The position numbers were made by a program, and so were the translations under genes. DNA of 32,000 bases, from the NCBI RefSeq assembly GCF_001465295.1, contig NZ_CP011034.1, forward strand, positions 1,380,001 to 1,412,000. Reading direction: 5' to 3'. Source of the DNA: Pseudoalteromonas translucida KMM 520. Its GTDB lineage: Bacteria; Pseudomonadota; Gammaproteobacteria; Enterobacterales; Alteromonadaceae. Under the pieces are notes generated by a model. That model saw only the letters and a list, made by a program, of their open reading frames with translations, was not told the origin of the DNA and did no database searches. This document shows positions 17,091 to 25,598 of the stretch, piece by piece. Numbering within the stretch: position 1 is the stretch's first letter; every line of letters starts with the position of its first letter.

Positions 17091-20000
17091 TTAACTATTT
17101 GTTGTGGTTGGGTGGCCATCTACCATTTGGGGTTTACCGCGCATTTTAGCAATTAAGCGCTTAGTGTCCTCTAGCGCCACATACTGACACGGAATAAGTA
17201 TTAGCGTTATTACGGTGGCAAATAACACCCCAAAAGCCAGTGATACAGCCATAGGGATAACTATTTTAGCTTGTAAGCTGGTTTCCATAATAATAGGCAT
17301 AACGCCAATAAATGTAGTCACTGAGGTGAGTAAAATTGCTCTAAAGCGCCGAGCGCCAGCTTGCATTACCGCCTCTTTAATAGGCACACCTTCAGCGCGT
17401 GCTTTGTTTACAAAGTCAACCATCACGAGCGAATCGTTTACCACTACGCCGGCCACGGCAATAATGCCAAACATTGATAAGCTACTCATGGTCATGCCTA
17501 AAATCATGTGGCCAAACATAGCGCCAATGACGCCAAATGGAATAACCGACATAATAATAAGCGGCTGCGAGTAAGAGCGTAGCGGAATAGCCAGTAGCGC
17601 AAATATAATGATCATCGATAATGCAAAATCGCGTTTTTGTTCATCAGCACTGTCCATTTCTTCTTGAACACGCCCAGCTACGTCGCTTTGTACACCCGGA
17701 TAGCTTTTTAATAAAGCGGGCAGGTACTGATCCCGAATTTCCTCGGCAATAGCAAAAGGCTCTGCTTTGTCGGTATTTACCGCTGCCCACACATTAACGG
17801 TGCGTTTTGAGTCTTCGCGTCGAATACGATTTACCCCATCAACTAAACTTACTTGCGCTATTTCGCTAAGCGGTACTTCTGCGCCGCTTGGAGTAATAAT
17901 ACGTACACTTTGAATATCGCTAATAGAATTACGCTCATCTTCGGGGTAGCGTATCATTACTTTAATTTCTTCACCTTCGCGTAAAATACGCTGTGCTTCT
18001 AGACCGTAATAACTAAAGCTCACCTGCGACGCTACATCGGCAAGGGTTAAGCCCATACTGTAGGCAAGCGGTTTTAAATCAAGTTGTACTTCGTCGGTGG
18101 CGCTTTGCATTGAGTCGTTTACATCGCCCACGCCTTCGATAGTTTGTAACTTGGCTTTTAATTTAGCGGCAACTTCTTTAAGTACGGCAGCATTTTTACC
18201 TTCAAGTTTAAAGCTAATATCACCATCATCACGGCCACCGTTCATTATGCTATCTTCAATGGTGAGGGTTTTAACACCCGGCAGTGGAGGCATTTGCTCG
18301 CGCCACAATGCACTTAGCGCAAAGGTGTCTATGGGGCGTAAATCGGGCTCTACTAAAATAGCCATAATATTGGCTAGTGTACGGCCACGTAAACTGACCG
18401 ATAAATCGCGGATCATCGATTTACCATATTGCTGTTGTAGTTGTTGATCTACTTTTAGCAGCACACTTTCTATTTTTTGTGCCGTCTCTAAGGTGGCTTG
18501 CTCCGAAGAAGCCAAGTTCATTTCTATTCGAATACGTGGAAAATCATGCGGTATTTTAGGGTTAGGAACAAATTTAACTAATCCTCCTGCAAACATCCCA
18601 GCGCTAATAATTAATAAGCACATAAAGCCTATTATTACTGTGTAACGATAATGAATACAGTGGCCAATAAAGGGCGTGTAATAATGGCTAACAAAGCTTT
18701 TTAAGCCGTTATCCATCACTGTACGAATACGATACAGTGGGTTTTTAGGGTTAGGTTTACGCTTACTCATAGCAGCAATATGTGCGGGTAAAATTAGTTT
18801 TGATTCAATCAAAGAAAAAATCAAACATAAAATAATCACGCCACCAATCGCTTTTGAAAACGCAGCACCTGGGCCTGTTGCTAAAGTTTGTGGTAAAAAG
18901 GCGGCAATAGTGGTCAGTACGCCAAAGGTTGCTGGTATAGCAACGCGTTTAACTCCGCGTACTACGTTATCTAGAGTGTGGCCGTGCTTTTCTATTTCGG
19001 CGCTCGCCGACTCGCCAACTACTATGGCGTCGTCTACTACTATGCCGAGCACTAAAATAAAGGCAAATAATGAGGCTAAGTTAATTGTTACGTCTAAAAA
19101 GCCAATTGGCATAAATAAAAATGCGCCTAAAAACGACACGGGTAAGCCCATCATCACCCAAAACGCTAAGCGTAATGGTAAAAATAAAGCCAGTACTAGC
19201 ATGACTAACAAGCCACCCCAAATCATGTTATCGACCATCATATCAAGCCGACCTTCAAGGTAGTAAGTTAAATCAAGAATAGGGGTTAGCTTTACACCTG
19301 CGGGTAACTGCGATTCTTTTGCTGCCATGTAACTTTTAAGTACTTTGGCTACGTCGGTAATATCTTGATCTTTTGAGGCGTTTATTTCAAACGACAATGA
19401 ATTTTTACCATTGTACTTTGAATATTGTAGGCCCTCGGCAAAGCCATCGTTAATAGTAGCTACATCGCCTAAATAAATTTGTGCGCCGTCGGGCAGGGTA
19501 ATAAGCGGCAATTTTGCAAACTCGTTACCCCGGTAGGCTTGCTTTTCTACCCGCATAGAAATATAGCCATTTTTTGAGCGAATTTGCCCAGCCGACATAT
19601 TGGCCGAAAAGCTTTGTACGGCGCTGGCAATATCTCTAAATGTTAAACCGTACTCACGCAGTTTATCTGGGCTCACTTCTATGCCTATTTCGTAATCTAG
19701 GCCAGCATTAAACTCAACCAAATTAATATTAGGCAGGGCTTGGAGTTCGTCTTTTATGTTATTACCTAGCTCTTTTAGCTGGTAGTTGCTCATGTCGCCA
19801 TACAGCGCGAGGATCATAACCTCTTGCTCGTACTTATCGCGGCGCACCACAGGACGCTCCATATCGGCAGGAAAAGTATTGATTGAATCAACCTGAACTT
19901 TTATTTCGTCAAGTACGTCTTGGGGATTATATTGCTCTTCTATTTCAACCCAGGCTTGCGAAAACCCACGGTTAGAATAAGTGATAAGGCGTTTTATGCC

Positions 20001-20240
20001 TTCAATTCCTTCTAGGTTTTCTTCTATTTTTATGGTTATACCTTCTTCAACCTCTTGCGGAGCAGCCCCAGGGTAAACAGCTTGTACGCTGATCCAATTA
20101 CTTTCAAACTGTGGAAACATCTGTTTGCGAATAGTAAATACCGTTAAAATACCGCCAATTAATATAAAAATCATTAATAGGTTTGCGGCTACGGGGTTTC
20201 GGGCAAACCAGGCAATTAAGCCTTTTTCACGAGTACTCAT
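17091..20240 (-). CDS. RND efflux transporter, inner-membrane permease subunit (AcrB/AcrD/AcrF family)
   Basis: The 1049-aa product has a 12-TM topology with two large periplasmic loops. The N-terminus (...IAWFARNPVAANLLMIFILIGG...) and conserved ...GIVVDDAIVV... / ...GVVVNDSLVMVDF... segments are typical of the family. Confidence 0.9.
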   Translation of the reverse strand: MSTREKGLIAWFARNPVAANLLMIFILIGGILTVFTIRKQMFPQFESNWISVQAVYPGAAPQEVEEGITIKIEENLEGIEGIKRLITYSNRGFSQAWVEIEEQYNPQDVLDEIKVQVDSINTFPADMERPVVRRDKYEQEVMILALYGDMSNYQLKELGNNIKDELQALPNINLVEFNAGLDYEIGIEVSPDKLREYGLTFRDIASAVQSFSANMSAGQIRSKNGYISMRVEKQAYRGNEFAKLPLITLPDGAQIYLGDVATINDGFAEGLQYSKYNGKNSLSFEINASKDQDITDVAKVLKSYMAAKESQLPAGVKLTPILDLTYYLEGRLDMMVDNMIWGGLLVMLVLALFLPLRLAFWVMMGLPVSFLGAFLFMPIGFLDVTINLASLFAFILVLGIVVDDAIVVGESASAEIEKHGHTLDNVVRGVKRVAIPATFGVLTTIAAFLPQTLATGPGAAFSKAIGGVIILCLIFSLIESKLILPAHIAAMSKRKPNPKNPLYRIRTVMDNGLKSFVSHYYTPFIGHCIHYRYTVIIGFMCLLIISAGMFAGGLVKFVPNPKIPHDFPRIRIEMNLASSEQATLETAQKIESVLLKVDQQLQQQYGKSMIRDLSVSLRGRTLANIMAILVEPDLRPIDTFALSALWREQMPPLPGVKTLTIEDSIMNGGRDDGDISFKLEGKNAAVLKEVAAKLKAKLQTIEGVGDVNDSMQSATDEVQLDLKPLAYSMGLTLADVASQVSFSYYGLEAQRILREGEEIKVMIRYPEDERNSISDIQSVRIITPSGAEVPLSEIAQVSLVDGVNRIRREDSKRTVNVWAAVNTDKAEPFAIAEEIRDQYLPALLKSYPGVQSDVAGRVQEEMDSADEQKRDFALSMIIIFALLAIPLRSYSQPLIIMSVIPFGVIGAMFGHMILGMTMSSLSMFGIIAVAGVVVNDSLVMVDFVNKARAEGVPIKEAVMQAGARRFRAILLTSVTTFIGVMPIIMETSLQAKIVIPMAVSLAFGVLFATVITLILIPCQYVALEDTKRLIAKMRGKPQMVDGHPTTTNS

Positions 20241-20242
20241 GG

Positions 20243-21433
20243 TTATTCCTCTTTAAGGGCAAGCTGGGTTACATCGCTATTAGGCGTGGTTTCTTCAATT
20301 TTAACGGCCATGCCCTCGGTTGGGTATTCAAGCGCTGAGGTAATAAGCTGATCACCCTCATTTAAACCTTGATTGGCTATTATCATGCCGTTTTGCTCAC
20401 GAATTATATTGAGGGTTTTAAACGATAGGGTTAAGTTATTATTTAAAATGGCAATTTTATTATTTTTTACTAAATGATGCGGCACAATAATAGCGTTATC
20501 GAGTGCGCGTCCCTCAATAGTGGCATTAATGTAAGAGCCAAATCGCAGTGGTTGGCTGTTATTAGCATAAGGAGTAGCAAGCTGCGCGACTAAGTAACTC
20601 ATTCTACTTTTTTGATCAACCACGCCTTCACTGCGTATTATTTTAGCTTGCCATGTTGTTTGCTTACCTGCGTACTGGGCGCTAAAAGTGACGTTTGCGT
20701 TTATGCCGCCGTTGCTTAAGAATTGCAGCTCGTTATCGGCCACGGGTAAACGTACTTCAGCAACTGCTATGGCACTTAATGCACCCAACCGACTTCCTTG
20801 ATTTACCACTGAGCCTAAGCTAATGCTGCGCTCATTAATTATCGCGTTGTAGGGGGCTTTTATGTAAGTGCGTTCAAGGTTGCGGTTAGCGCGTTTAACA
20901 CTGGCTTGCGCTGAGCGGTAACGTGCCATTTTTTCGGCGAGTTGCGGTTTACGTAAATACAGCTGAGATGCAATTGCATCGCTGGCATCGGCTTTAATTC
21001 GCTCCCATTCTGCTTTTGCTACGTGGGCTTGAGCACGTTCTATTTCGAGTGCAGAACTTGCTTGGGCTAAACCGGCCTGGGCTTCAATTAAGTCGGCTTC
21101 GTAATCATTTGGATCAATTCGTGCTAAAATATCGCCTTGTTTTACAAATGCGCCTTCAACAAACTGCCCGGCAACCGAAATAACTTGCCCACCTACTTGT
21201 GCAATTAACTCTGTTTTATCTTTTGGTTTTACAATACCGTAAGATTTTACATCGAGTGTTATTGCATCAAGGTGAACGTGTTGCGTGGCAATAAGTGGGC
21301 GAGTATCTTGTTCTGGTTTTTCTTCGGGTGGCGTTTTCATGGTTGAAAAAGCGAAAGCTAACGCAATTCCGCCAATTAAAACCGCAAACGGCAGTATTAT
21401 TTGTTTTTTAGAAGCCACGAGGCATTCCTTCAT
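20243..21433 (-). CDS. RND efflux periplasmic adaptor (membrane fusion protein, HlyD/AcrA family)
   Basis: It has a single N-terminal TM/anchor segment, a lipoyl-like/barrel-sandwich hybrid motif (...GDILARIDPNDYEA...), a hairpin coiled coil and a beta-barrel. Its stop lies 2 nt before the RND start. An alternative GTG start at 21418 has a better SD (AAGGA). Confidence 0.85.
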   Translation of the reverse strand: MKECLVASKKQIILPFAVLIGGIALAFAFSTMKTPPEEKPEQDTRPLIATQHVHLDAITLDVKSYGIVKPKDKTELIAQVGGQVISVAGQFVEGAFVKQGDILARIDPNDYEADLIEAQAGLAQASSALEIERAQAHVAKAEWERIKADASDAIASQLYLRKPQLAEKMARYRSAQASVKRANRNLERTYIKAPYNAIINERSISLGSVVNQGSRLGALSAIAVAEVRLPVADNELQFLSNGGINANVTFSAQYAGKQTTWQAKIIRSEGVVDQKSRMSYLVAQLATPYANNSQPLRFGSYINATIEGRALDNAIIVPHHLVKNNKIAILNNNLTLSFKTLNIIREQNGMIIANQGLNEGDQLITSALEYPTEGMAVKIEETTPNSDVTQLALKEE

Positions 21434-21578
21434 AATTGTGGTGACCAGCTAATAATACGCAATAAAATGTTTACAAAGCATTTAAAGATGTAACAAAGCA
21501 TTGCGCTTCACTACCTGTTTATTTAAGGCATGACTAAAAAATGCAGCAGCAAACAAATATATTTATATTGAGGTTATT

Positions 21579-21842
21579 ATGAAAACACAGCCTATGGCGT
21601 GTCGGTTAGGCTGTGGGGCATGTTGTATTGCGCCAAGTATTAGCTCACCCATTCCAGGAATGCCAAACGGTAAAAAGGCCGGAGAGCGTTGTATTCAGCT
21701 AGATGAGCGTAATTTATGTAAGTTATTTGGCGACGCTAGTCGGCCAAAAGTGTGCAGCGATTTTAGCGCCACACTGGATGTATGCGGTACAACTAATGCG
21801 CAGGCTTTAGCGCTTATTACTGAGCTTGAAGAGTTGACTTAA
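21579..21842 (+). CDS. YkgJ-family cysteine-cluster protein (CxxCxxCC putative Zn/Fe-chelating domain)
   Basis: The 87-aa product has an N-terminal C-x3-C-x2-CC cluster (ACRLGCGACCIAP) and further conserved Cys residues (ERCIQL, LCKLF, KVCSDF). A GAGG SD precedes it. Confidence 0.7.
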   Translation: MKTQPMACRLGCGACCIAPSISSPIPGMPNGKKAGERCIQLDERNLCKLFGDASRPKVCSDFSATLDVCGTTNAQALALITELEELT

Positions 21843-21933
21843 TCCTCGTTTTTAATACACACATATTTACATTTATTTATGAATAAGTGTTTTAAATACT
21901 TGAATGCAAAAATTGAAAGCCGCGCTTTTCGCA

Positions 21934-22007
21934 GCAGCAAGCTCAACGCTTACGATTAAAGTACAGGTTTGTGGCTGTTTTTGTAGATGCGAAGCTTGCT
22001 TGCGTGA
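21934..22007 (+). repeat. REP-like imperfect palindromic element, copy A
   Basis: The arm GCAGCAAGCT (21934-21943) is complementary to AGCTTGCTTGC (21993-22003). The 27-mer TTGTAGATGCGAAGCTTGCTTGCGTGA (21981-22007) recurs in inverted orientation at 22191-22217, with 22/27 identity by hand alignment. Confidence 0.6.
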
Positions 22008-22190
22008 CGGGCAAAGCCTGTAAAGTGATTTACTTACAAAGAGGTTAAGAGACGCTGCGCTTTTAGAGGAAGAGATAGACCCGAAATAAGTCCTTATTAT
22101 CCGAACTTAGGATTATATATTGACTCATTTACTCCCATTATCTGCTCTTTGTACAATAGTGTTTTACTTTAAATAATTGAACTGTACTTT

Positions 22191-22247
22191 TCACGTGAGC
22201 AAGCCTATCATCTACAACCACCTGGTAAATAATAAGCTTGCTTGTGA
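22191..22247 (-). repeat. REP-like imperfect palindromic element, copy B (inverted relative to copy A), directly downstream of the TonB-dependent receptor stop
   Basis: The minus strand reads TCACAAGCAAGCTT...CAGGTGG TTGTAGATGATAGGCTTGCTCACGTGA. Arms AGCAAGC/GCTTGCT and TCAC/GTGA can pair. It shares the CAGGT..GG - TTGTAGATG - GCTTGCT - CGTGA order with copy A. Confidence 0.6.
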
Positions 22248-22253
22248 AGGGGT

Positions 22254-24122
22254 CTACCAGCTATAGGTTGCGCTTAGCGTATATTGCTCGCCACGTCCAG
22301 GAGTGCCCGGGATCTCTTGAAACGATTCATTCCACAGGTTATCTGCGGCCAATGTAATAAATAAGTTTTTAATCTGCGGCGGCATTATTTTTAAGGTTAA
22401 ATGAGTGAATAACGCATCATCATCGCCACTGCGCAGCGTATTTTCATGTTGTTTGCGCCATTCGTTATCTATACGAAACTCTAAAATATCTGTTGGGTTC
22501 CAAATAGCCGCAAGGGTTAGCCTATGGTCTGGGTAGTTTAATGCGTAAAAGCTAGCATCTATATCGGCTGCGCCATAATTCTCTGATTTTTTTAAAAAGC
22601 TATAACTGGCAATAATTTCTGCGTTATCAAAATGCTTAGTGGCAAGAAACTCAACCCCCGAGGTATTAATATCTACCGGATTGGCAAAGCGGGCAGAAGT
22701 GGCATCTAAACTATAAGTCCAATCGGTTAAGTTATCATCTTGGCGATAAAAAACAGCAGAGTTAAAGCGCCAACTTTGTCGCTCTAATAATAAACCCAGC
22801 TCGAGGTTTTTAGTGGTTTCGCGCTCAAGGTTGTAGTTACTTCTAAACAAACCGCCAGTGTCACTGCCGCCAATTGCGGTATAGCCTGCTACTTGGCTTG
22901 CCTGTGCATACGATAAATAAACAGTGCGCTCAGTGCCGTCGCTGTTTTGTGTATTTAAAGTTATATCACCAATAAGTGAAATTTCAGAATCATCGCGATT
23001 AGTATCGTCAAAAGCCGCACCAAGGCGAATAGTAAGGTGTTGATCGCTCTCAAGTGCCATTTGGTACTCTGGCAGCACACTTACTTTATAATAATTACGT
23101 GAGGTGAAATTATTTTCAAGCGTGGTCGATTCAATCGAATCATTAATAAATTGCGCAGAATAATTGAGTGCAAAAGACGCGCTGTGCGCATGGCGCCCCG
23201 AAAGTGCTAGTGATTTAACATCGGTTTGATGAAACGCTTCGAACGACATTGGGTTTTCACGAGAATACACATAGTGATCCTCGTGTTTACGATAATATGT
23301 AGATACTTCAAACGAGCTCTCGGCGCCATAGTTTTGTTTATGGTTGAGCATAAATAGCTGAGTTTTAAGATCTTCAGTTTCGTTAACCCCAAATGGAGTA
23401 TACAAATTTGGCCAACCAAAAAACTTTTCTTGAGAGCCAAAAAACAGATCGGTTTGTGAGTCTGGGCCCACCAATTGAACACGGCTTGAGGCGCGGGTAA
23501 AGTCATGATCGCCATAATCAATAGAGCCATCACTTTGTGAGTGAGAAAACTCGCCTTCTACACCCAGCTGCCAATCGGAAATACCATCCAATGGTATATT
23601 CACGCCCGCATGCAGGCTTTGTAAATTAAAGTCATTGCTGCCAACCCCAAGTGATACGCTACCACCGGTACTAATTGGCTTCCAAGCAAACGATACTGTA
23701 CCAACGGAGCTGTTAACGCCATAAAGTGCATTATCTGCTGCGGTGAATATAGCTGGGCCACGTAACATTTGTGGCGCTATAGGAATTTCGGCAAAGTAAT
23801 GTCCCGACTGCGGATCGAACAACGTTGCGCTGCCAACCCTAAAACCAGTATTTTCGAAAATACCACCACGAATGGTTACATCGGCTTGTGCTTCGGCCAT
23901 ATTACGCGATTGCACATCAACACGCGGATCATACTCTAAATTAGAAACCGGTGAGTCGAAGGTGCCCACGGGTTCCTTATTTGCAGTAGGGGAAGCTTCA
24001 ACCGTTATTTGCTCTATTGCTGTGGCATTTTTAGTTTGTACTTCAGCGTAGGCAAAGCCAGTAACACTGCATAGCAATGTAGGTAATAATATAGGTAATA
24101 TAAGGCGCGGGGCACGATTCAT
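22254..24122 (-). CDS. TonB-dependent outer-membrane receptor (small, BtuB-size class); substrate unknown
   Basis: The 622-aa product has a signal peptide (...SVTGFAYA/E), a TonB-box-like EQITVEAS and a plug domain (...DVTIRGG.FENTGFRVGSATLFDPQSGHY...). A 22-strand-type C-terminal barrel ends in ...LSATYSW with a terminal aromatic. Confidence 0.85.
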   Translation of the reverse strand: MNRAPRLILPILLPTLLCSVTGFAYAEVQTKNATAIEQITVEASPTANKEPVGTFDSPVSNLEYDPRVDVQSRNMAEAQADVTIRGGIFENTGFRVGSATLFDPQSGHYFAEIPIAPQMLRGPAIFTAADNALYGVNSSVGTVSFAWKPISTGGSVSLGVGSNDFNLQSLHAGVNIPLDGISDWQLGVEGEFSHSQSDGSIDYGDHDFTRASSRVQLVGPDSQTDLFFGSQEKFFGWPNLYTPFGVNETEDLKTQLFMLNHKQNYGAESSFEVSTYYRKHEDHYVYSRENPMSFEAFHQTDVKSLALSGRHAHSASFALNYSAQFINDSIESTTLENNFTSRNYYKVSVLPEYQMALESDQHLTIRLGAAFDDTNRDDSEISLIGDITLNTQNSDGTERTVYLSYAQASQVAGYTAIGGSDTGGLFRSNYNLERETTKNLELGLLLERQSWRFNSAVFYRQDDNLTDWTYSLDATSARFANPVDINTSGVEFLATKHFDNAEIIASYSFLKKSENYGAADIDASFYALNYPDHRLTLAAIWNPTDILEFRIDNEWRKQHENTLRSGDDDALFTHLTLKIMPPQIKNLFITLAADNLWNESFQEIPGTPGRGEQYTLSATYSW

Positions 24123-24246
24123 GTTTTTCTCATTTTTGTATATGTAATTGTGCTAACAATTAAATCCGAAACACCCTGTTAAGGCGTGATAAAGTAGTCA
24201 AATAATTGTAATTTGGCTTGGTATTGTATATTAATCTTAAAAAATT

Positions 24247-24265
24247 GCATTTGATAATCATTCGT
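24247..24265. promoter_or_regulatory. Fur-box-like site in the receptor/msrA divergent intergenic region
   Basis: GCATTTGATAATCATTCGT matches the 19-bp Fur consensus GATAATGATAATCATTATC at 12/19 positions, including a contiguous TGATAATCATT 11-mer. Confidence 0.4.
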
Positions 24266-24285
24266 AAAGTAGGGTAATTGATTTT

Positions 24286-24795
24286 ATGAGCACAGTACAA
24301 ACAAACGACAATTCGCATCTAGAAAGCATTTACTTTGCCGGAGGCTGCCTTTGGGGGGTACAAGAGTTTATTAAGTACTTACCCGGCGTTGTTACCACTG
24401 AGGCAGGGCGAGCTAATGGCACAAATAATAATACACAAGGTGAATACGACGGTTATGCCGAATGCGTGAAAGTAACCTTTGATATAACAGCCGTGACACT
24501 CAATAAACTGATTGAATACTTTTTTGAGATTATTGACCCTTACAGTGTTAATAAGCAGGGTAACGATGTTGGATTAAAATACCGTAGTGCTATTTATAGT
24601 AAACAGCAATGTCACTTAACAATTGCAAACGACTATATAAACCAACGCGCTGATGCAGATAAAATAGTGGTACAAGTTCAGCTGCTAACCAATTATGTTC
24701 CAAGCGATGCAGAGCACCAAGACCGGCTAACTAACTTCCCTGATGACTATTGCCATATACCACCTGAGTTATTACATAAATATAAATCGAAATAA
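24286..24795 (+). CDS. msrA: Peptide-methionine (S)-S-oxide reductase
   Basis: The active-site motif is YFAGGCLWGVQ (GCFWG-type). ...GY.ECVKVTFD..., ...IDPYSVNKQGNDVGLKYRSAIY... and a C-terminal ...YCHI match MsrA. Confidence 0.85.
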   Translation: MSTVQTNDNSHLESIYFAGGCLWGVQEFIKYLPGVVTTEAGRANGTNNNTQGEYDGYAECVKVTFDITAVTLNKLIEYFFEIIDPYSVNKQGNDVGLKYRSAIYSKQQCHLTIANDYINQRADADKIVVQVQLLTNYVPSDAEHQDRLTNFPDDYCHIPPELLHKYKSK

Positions 24796-24894
24796 AGCGA
24801 AAGTCTGCTATATCAATTATGCAAAGAGCGATTGTTTTTCTTATCAGCAGGCTCTGCGGCTACAGCAAAAAATTTAATAAAAACAATCAGCCAC

Positions 24895-24922
24895 AAAAAA
24901 GCTCACACATTGTGAGCTTTTA
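24895..24922. terminator. Bidirectional terminator between msrA and the DUF4136-like lipoprotein gene
   Basis: AAAAAAGCTCACA-CAT-TGTGAGCTTTT has a 7-bp GC-containing core extended by A/T pairs. It lies between convergent stops at 24795 and 24944. Confidence 0.7.
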
Positions 24923-24943
24923 TATGTGCTTTAAAACCAGCGG

Positions 24944-25489
24944 CTACTTTTGTGGCGGGAAGTTACTTAAAATTTTAGCAACTGTTTTTCTAACCGACAG
25001 TTCACGTTGCTCAGGAGATTGGTTTTTCTTTAATCGACCATCTTCAGCGCCGCGCCATACTAACTGGTTTGATTCACGCTCAATAATATCAATAACTAAA
25101 GTGCCTACTTCGTATTCACGAGCAGATATATCGTTTTGATACCCTAAACCCCACGAGCTCCAACGAGCGCCGTAGCCAATGTTAAAAGAACTTACGTCTA
25201 GCTCTTTATCTACCGACGCATGGTAGTTTACCAGCACGTCTGCTTGAGCAGGATCGGTTAAGCTCATACCCATTTTCTGATTAAGCTCACTGCTTATTGC
25301 GCTGCGTACACGTTTTTCCATTAACGCATTAATTTGATAGTTATTGGTGTCTTTTGTTAAATCTGCATTTTCTACCCACGCAAACGTTTTATAGTTAGCA
25401 AAGTTTGCTGATTTGTCGTAATCCCAATCTGCGGTTTGCGTACAAGCAGTTAAAAACGCAAGTGCGGCTACAATAAAAATATTTTTCAT
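24944..25489 (-). CDS. Small outer-membrane/periplasmic lipoprotein, DUF4136-like
   Basis: A lipobox signal peptide is present (MKNIFIVAALAFLTAC/TQ). The 181-aa product has ...YKTFAW... and ...LV.D..... .LVWRG motifs reminiscent of DUF4136. Confidence 0.55.
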   Translation of the reverse strand: MKNIFIVAALAFLTACTQTADWDYDKSANFANYKTFAWVENADLTKDTNNYQINALMEKRVRSAISSELNQKMGMSLTDPAQADVLVNYHASVDKELDVSSFNIGYGARWSSWGLGYQNDISAREYEVGTLVIDIIERESNQLVWRGAEDGRLKKNQSPEQRELSVRKTVAKILSNFPPQK

Positions 25490-25510
25490 ACAGTTTGCTC
25501 CTAATCTTTT

Positions 25511-25542
25511 TTATAAAATAACACACATTGTTAAACAGTGTG
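25511..25542 (-). terminator. Weak terminator-like hairpin downstream of the SMC-like ATPase gene
   Basis: The minus strand reads CACACTG-TTTAA-CAATGTG, a 7-bp stem with one wobble pair, followed by TGTTATTTTAT. It lies about 57 nt after the stop at 25599. A 12-nt perfect palindrome TTAAGCGCTTAA lies just upstream of it (25547-25558). Confidence 0.35.
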
Positions 25543-25598
25543 ATATTTAAGCGCTTAACAACAGTTTAGCTGCTATAGCTGAACCATTGATTAATTAC

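Noticed and set aside
21880-21960. 26-codon ORF (MNKCFKYLNAKIESRAFRSSKLNAYD) in the non-coding gap after the YkgJ-like gene
   Set aside because: It has no ribosome-binding site and overlaps the arm of REP-like element A. It is more likely chance.
24123-24285. Cobalamin riboswitch upstream of the BtuB-sized TonB-dependent receptor
   Set aside because: The whole intergenic region is only 163 nt and is shared with the msrA promoter. It contains no B12-box-like GCCACTG / AGYCMGG..CCKGC element.
24819-25139. 106-aa + strand ORF after msrA
   Set aside because: It runs through the bidirectional terminator and antisense into the DUF4136-like lipoprotein gene. It has no SD.
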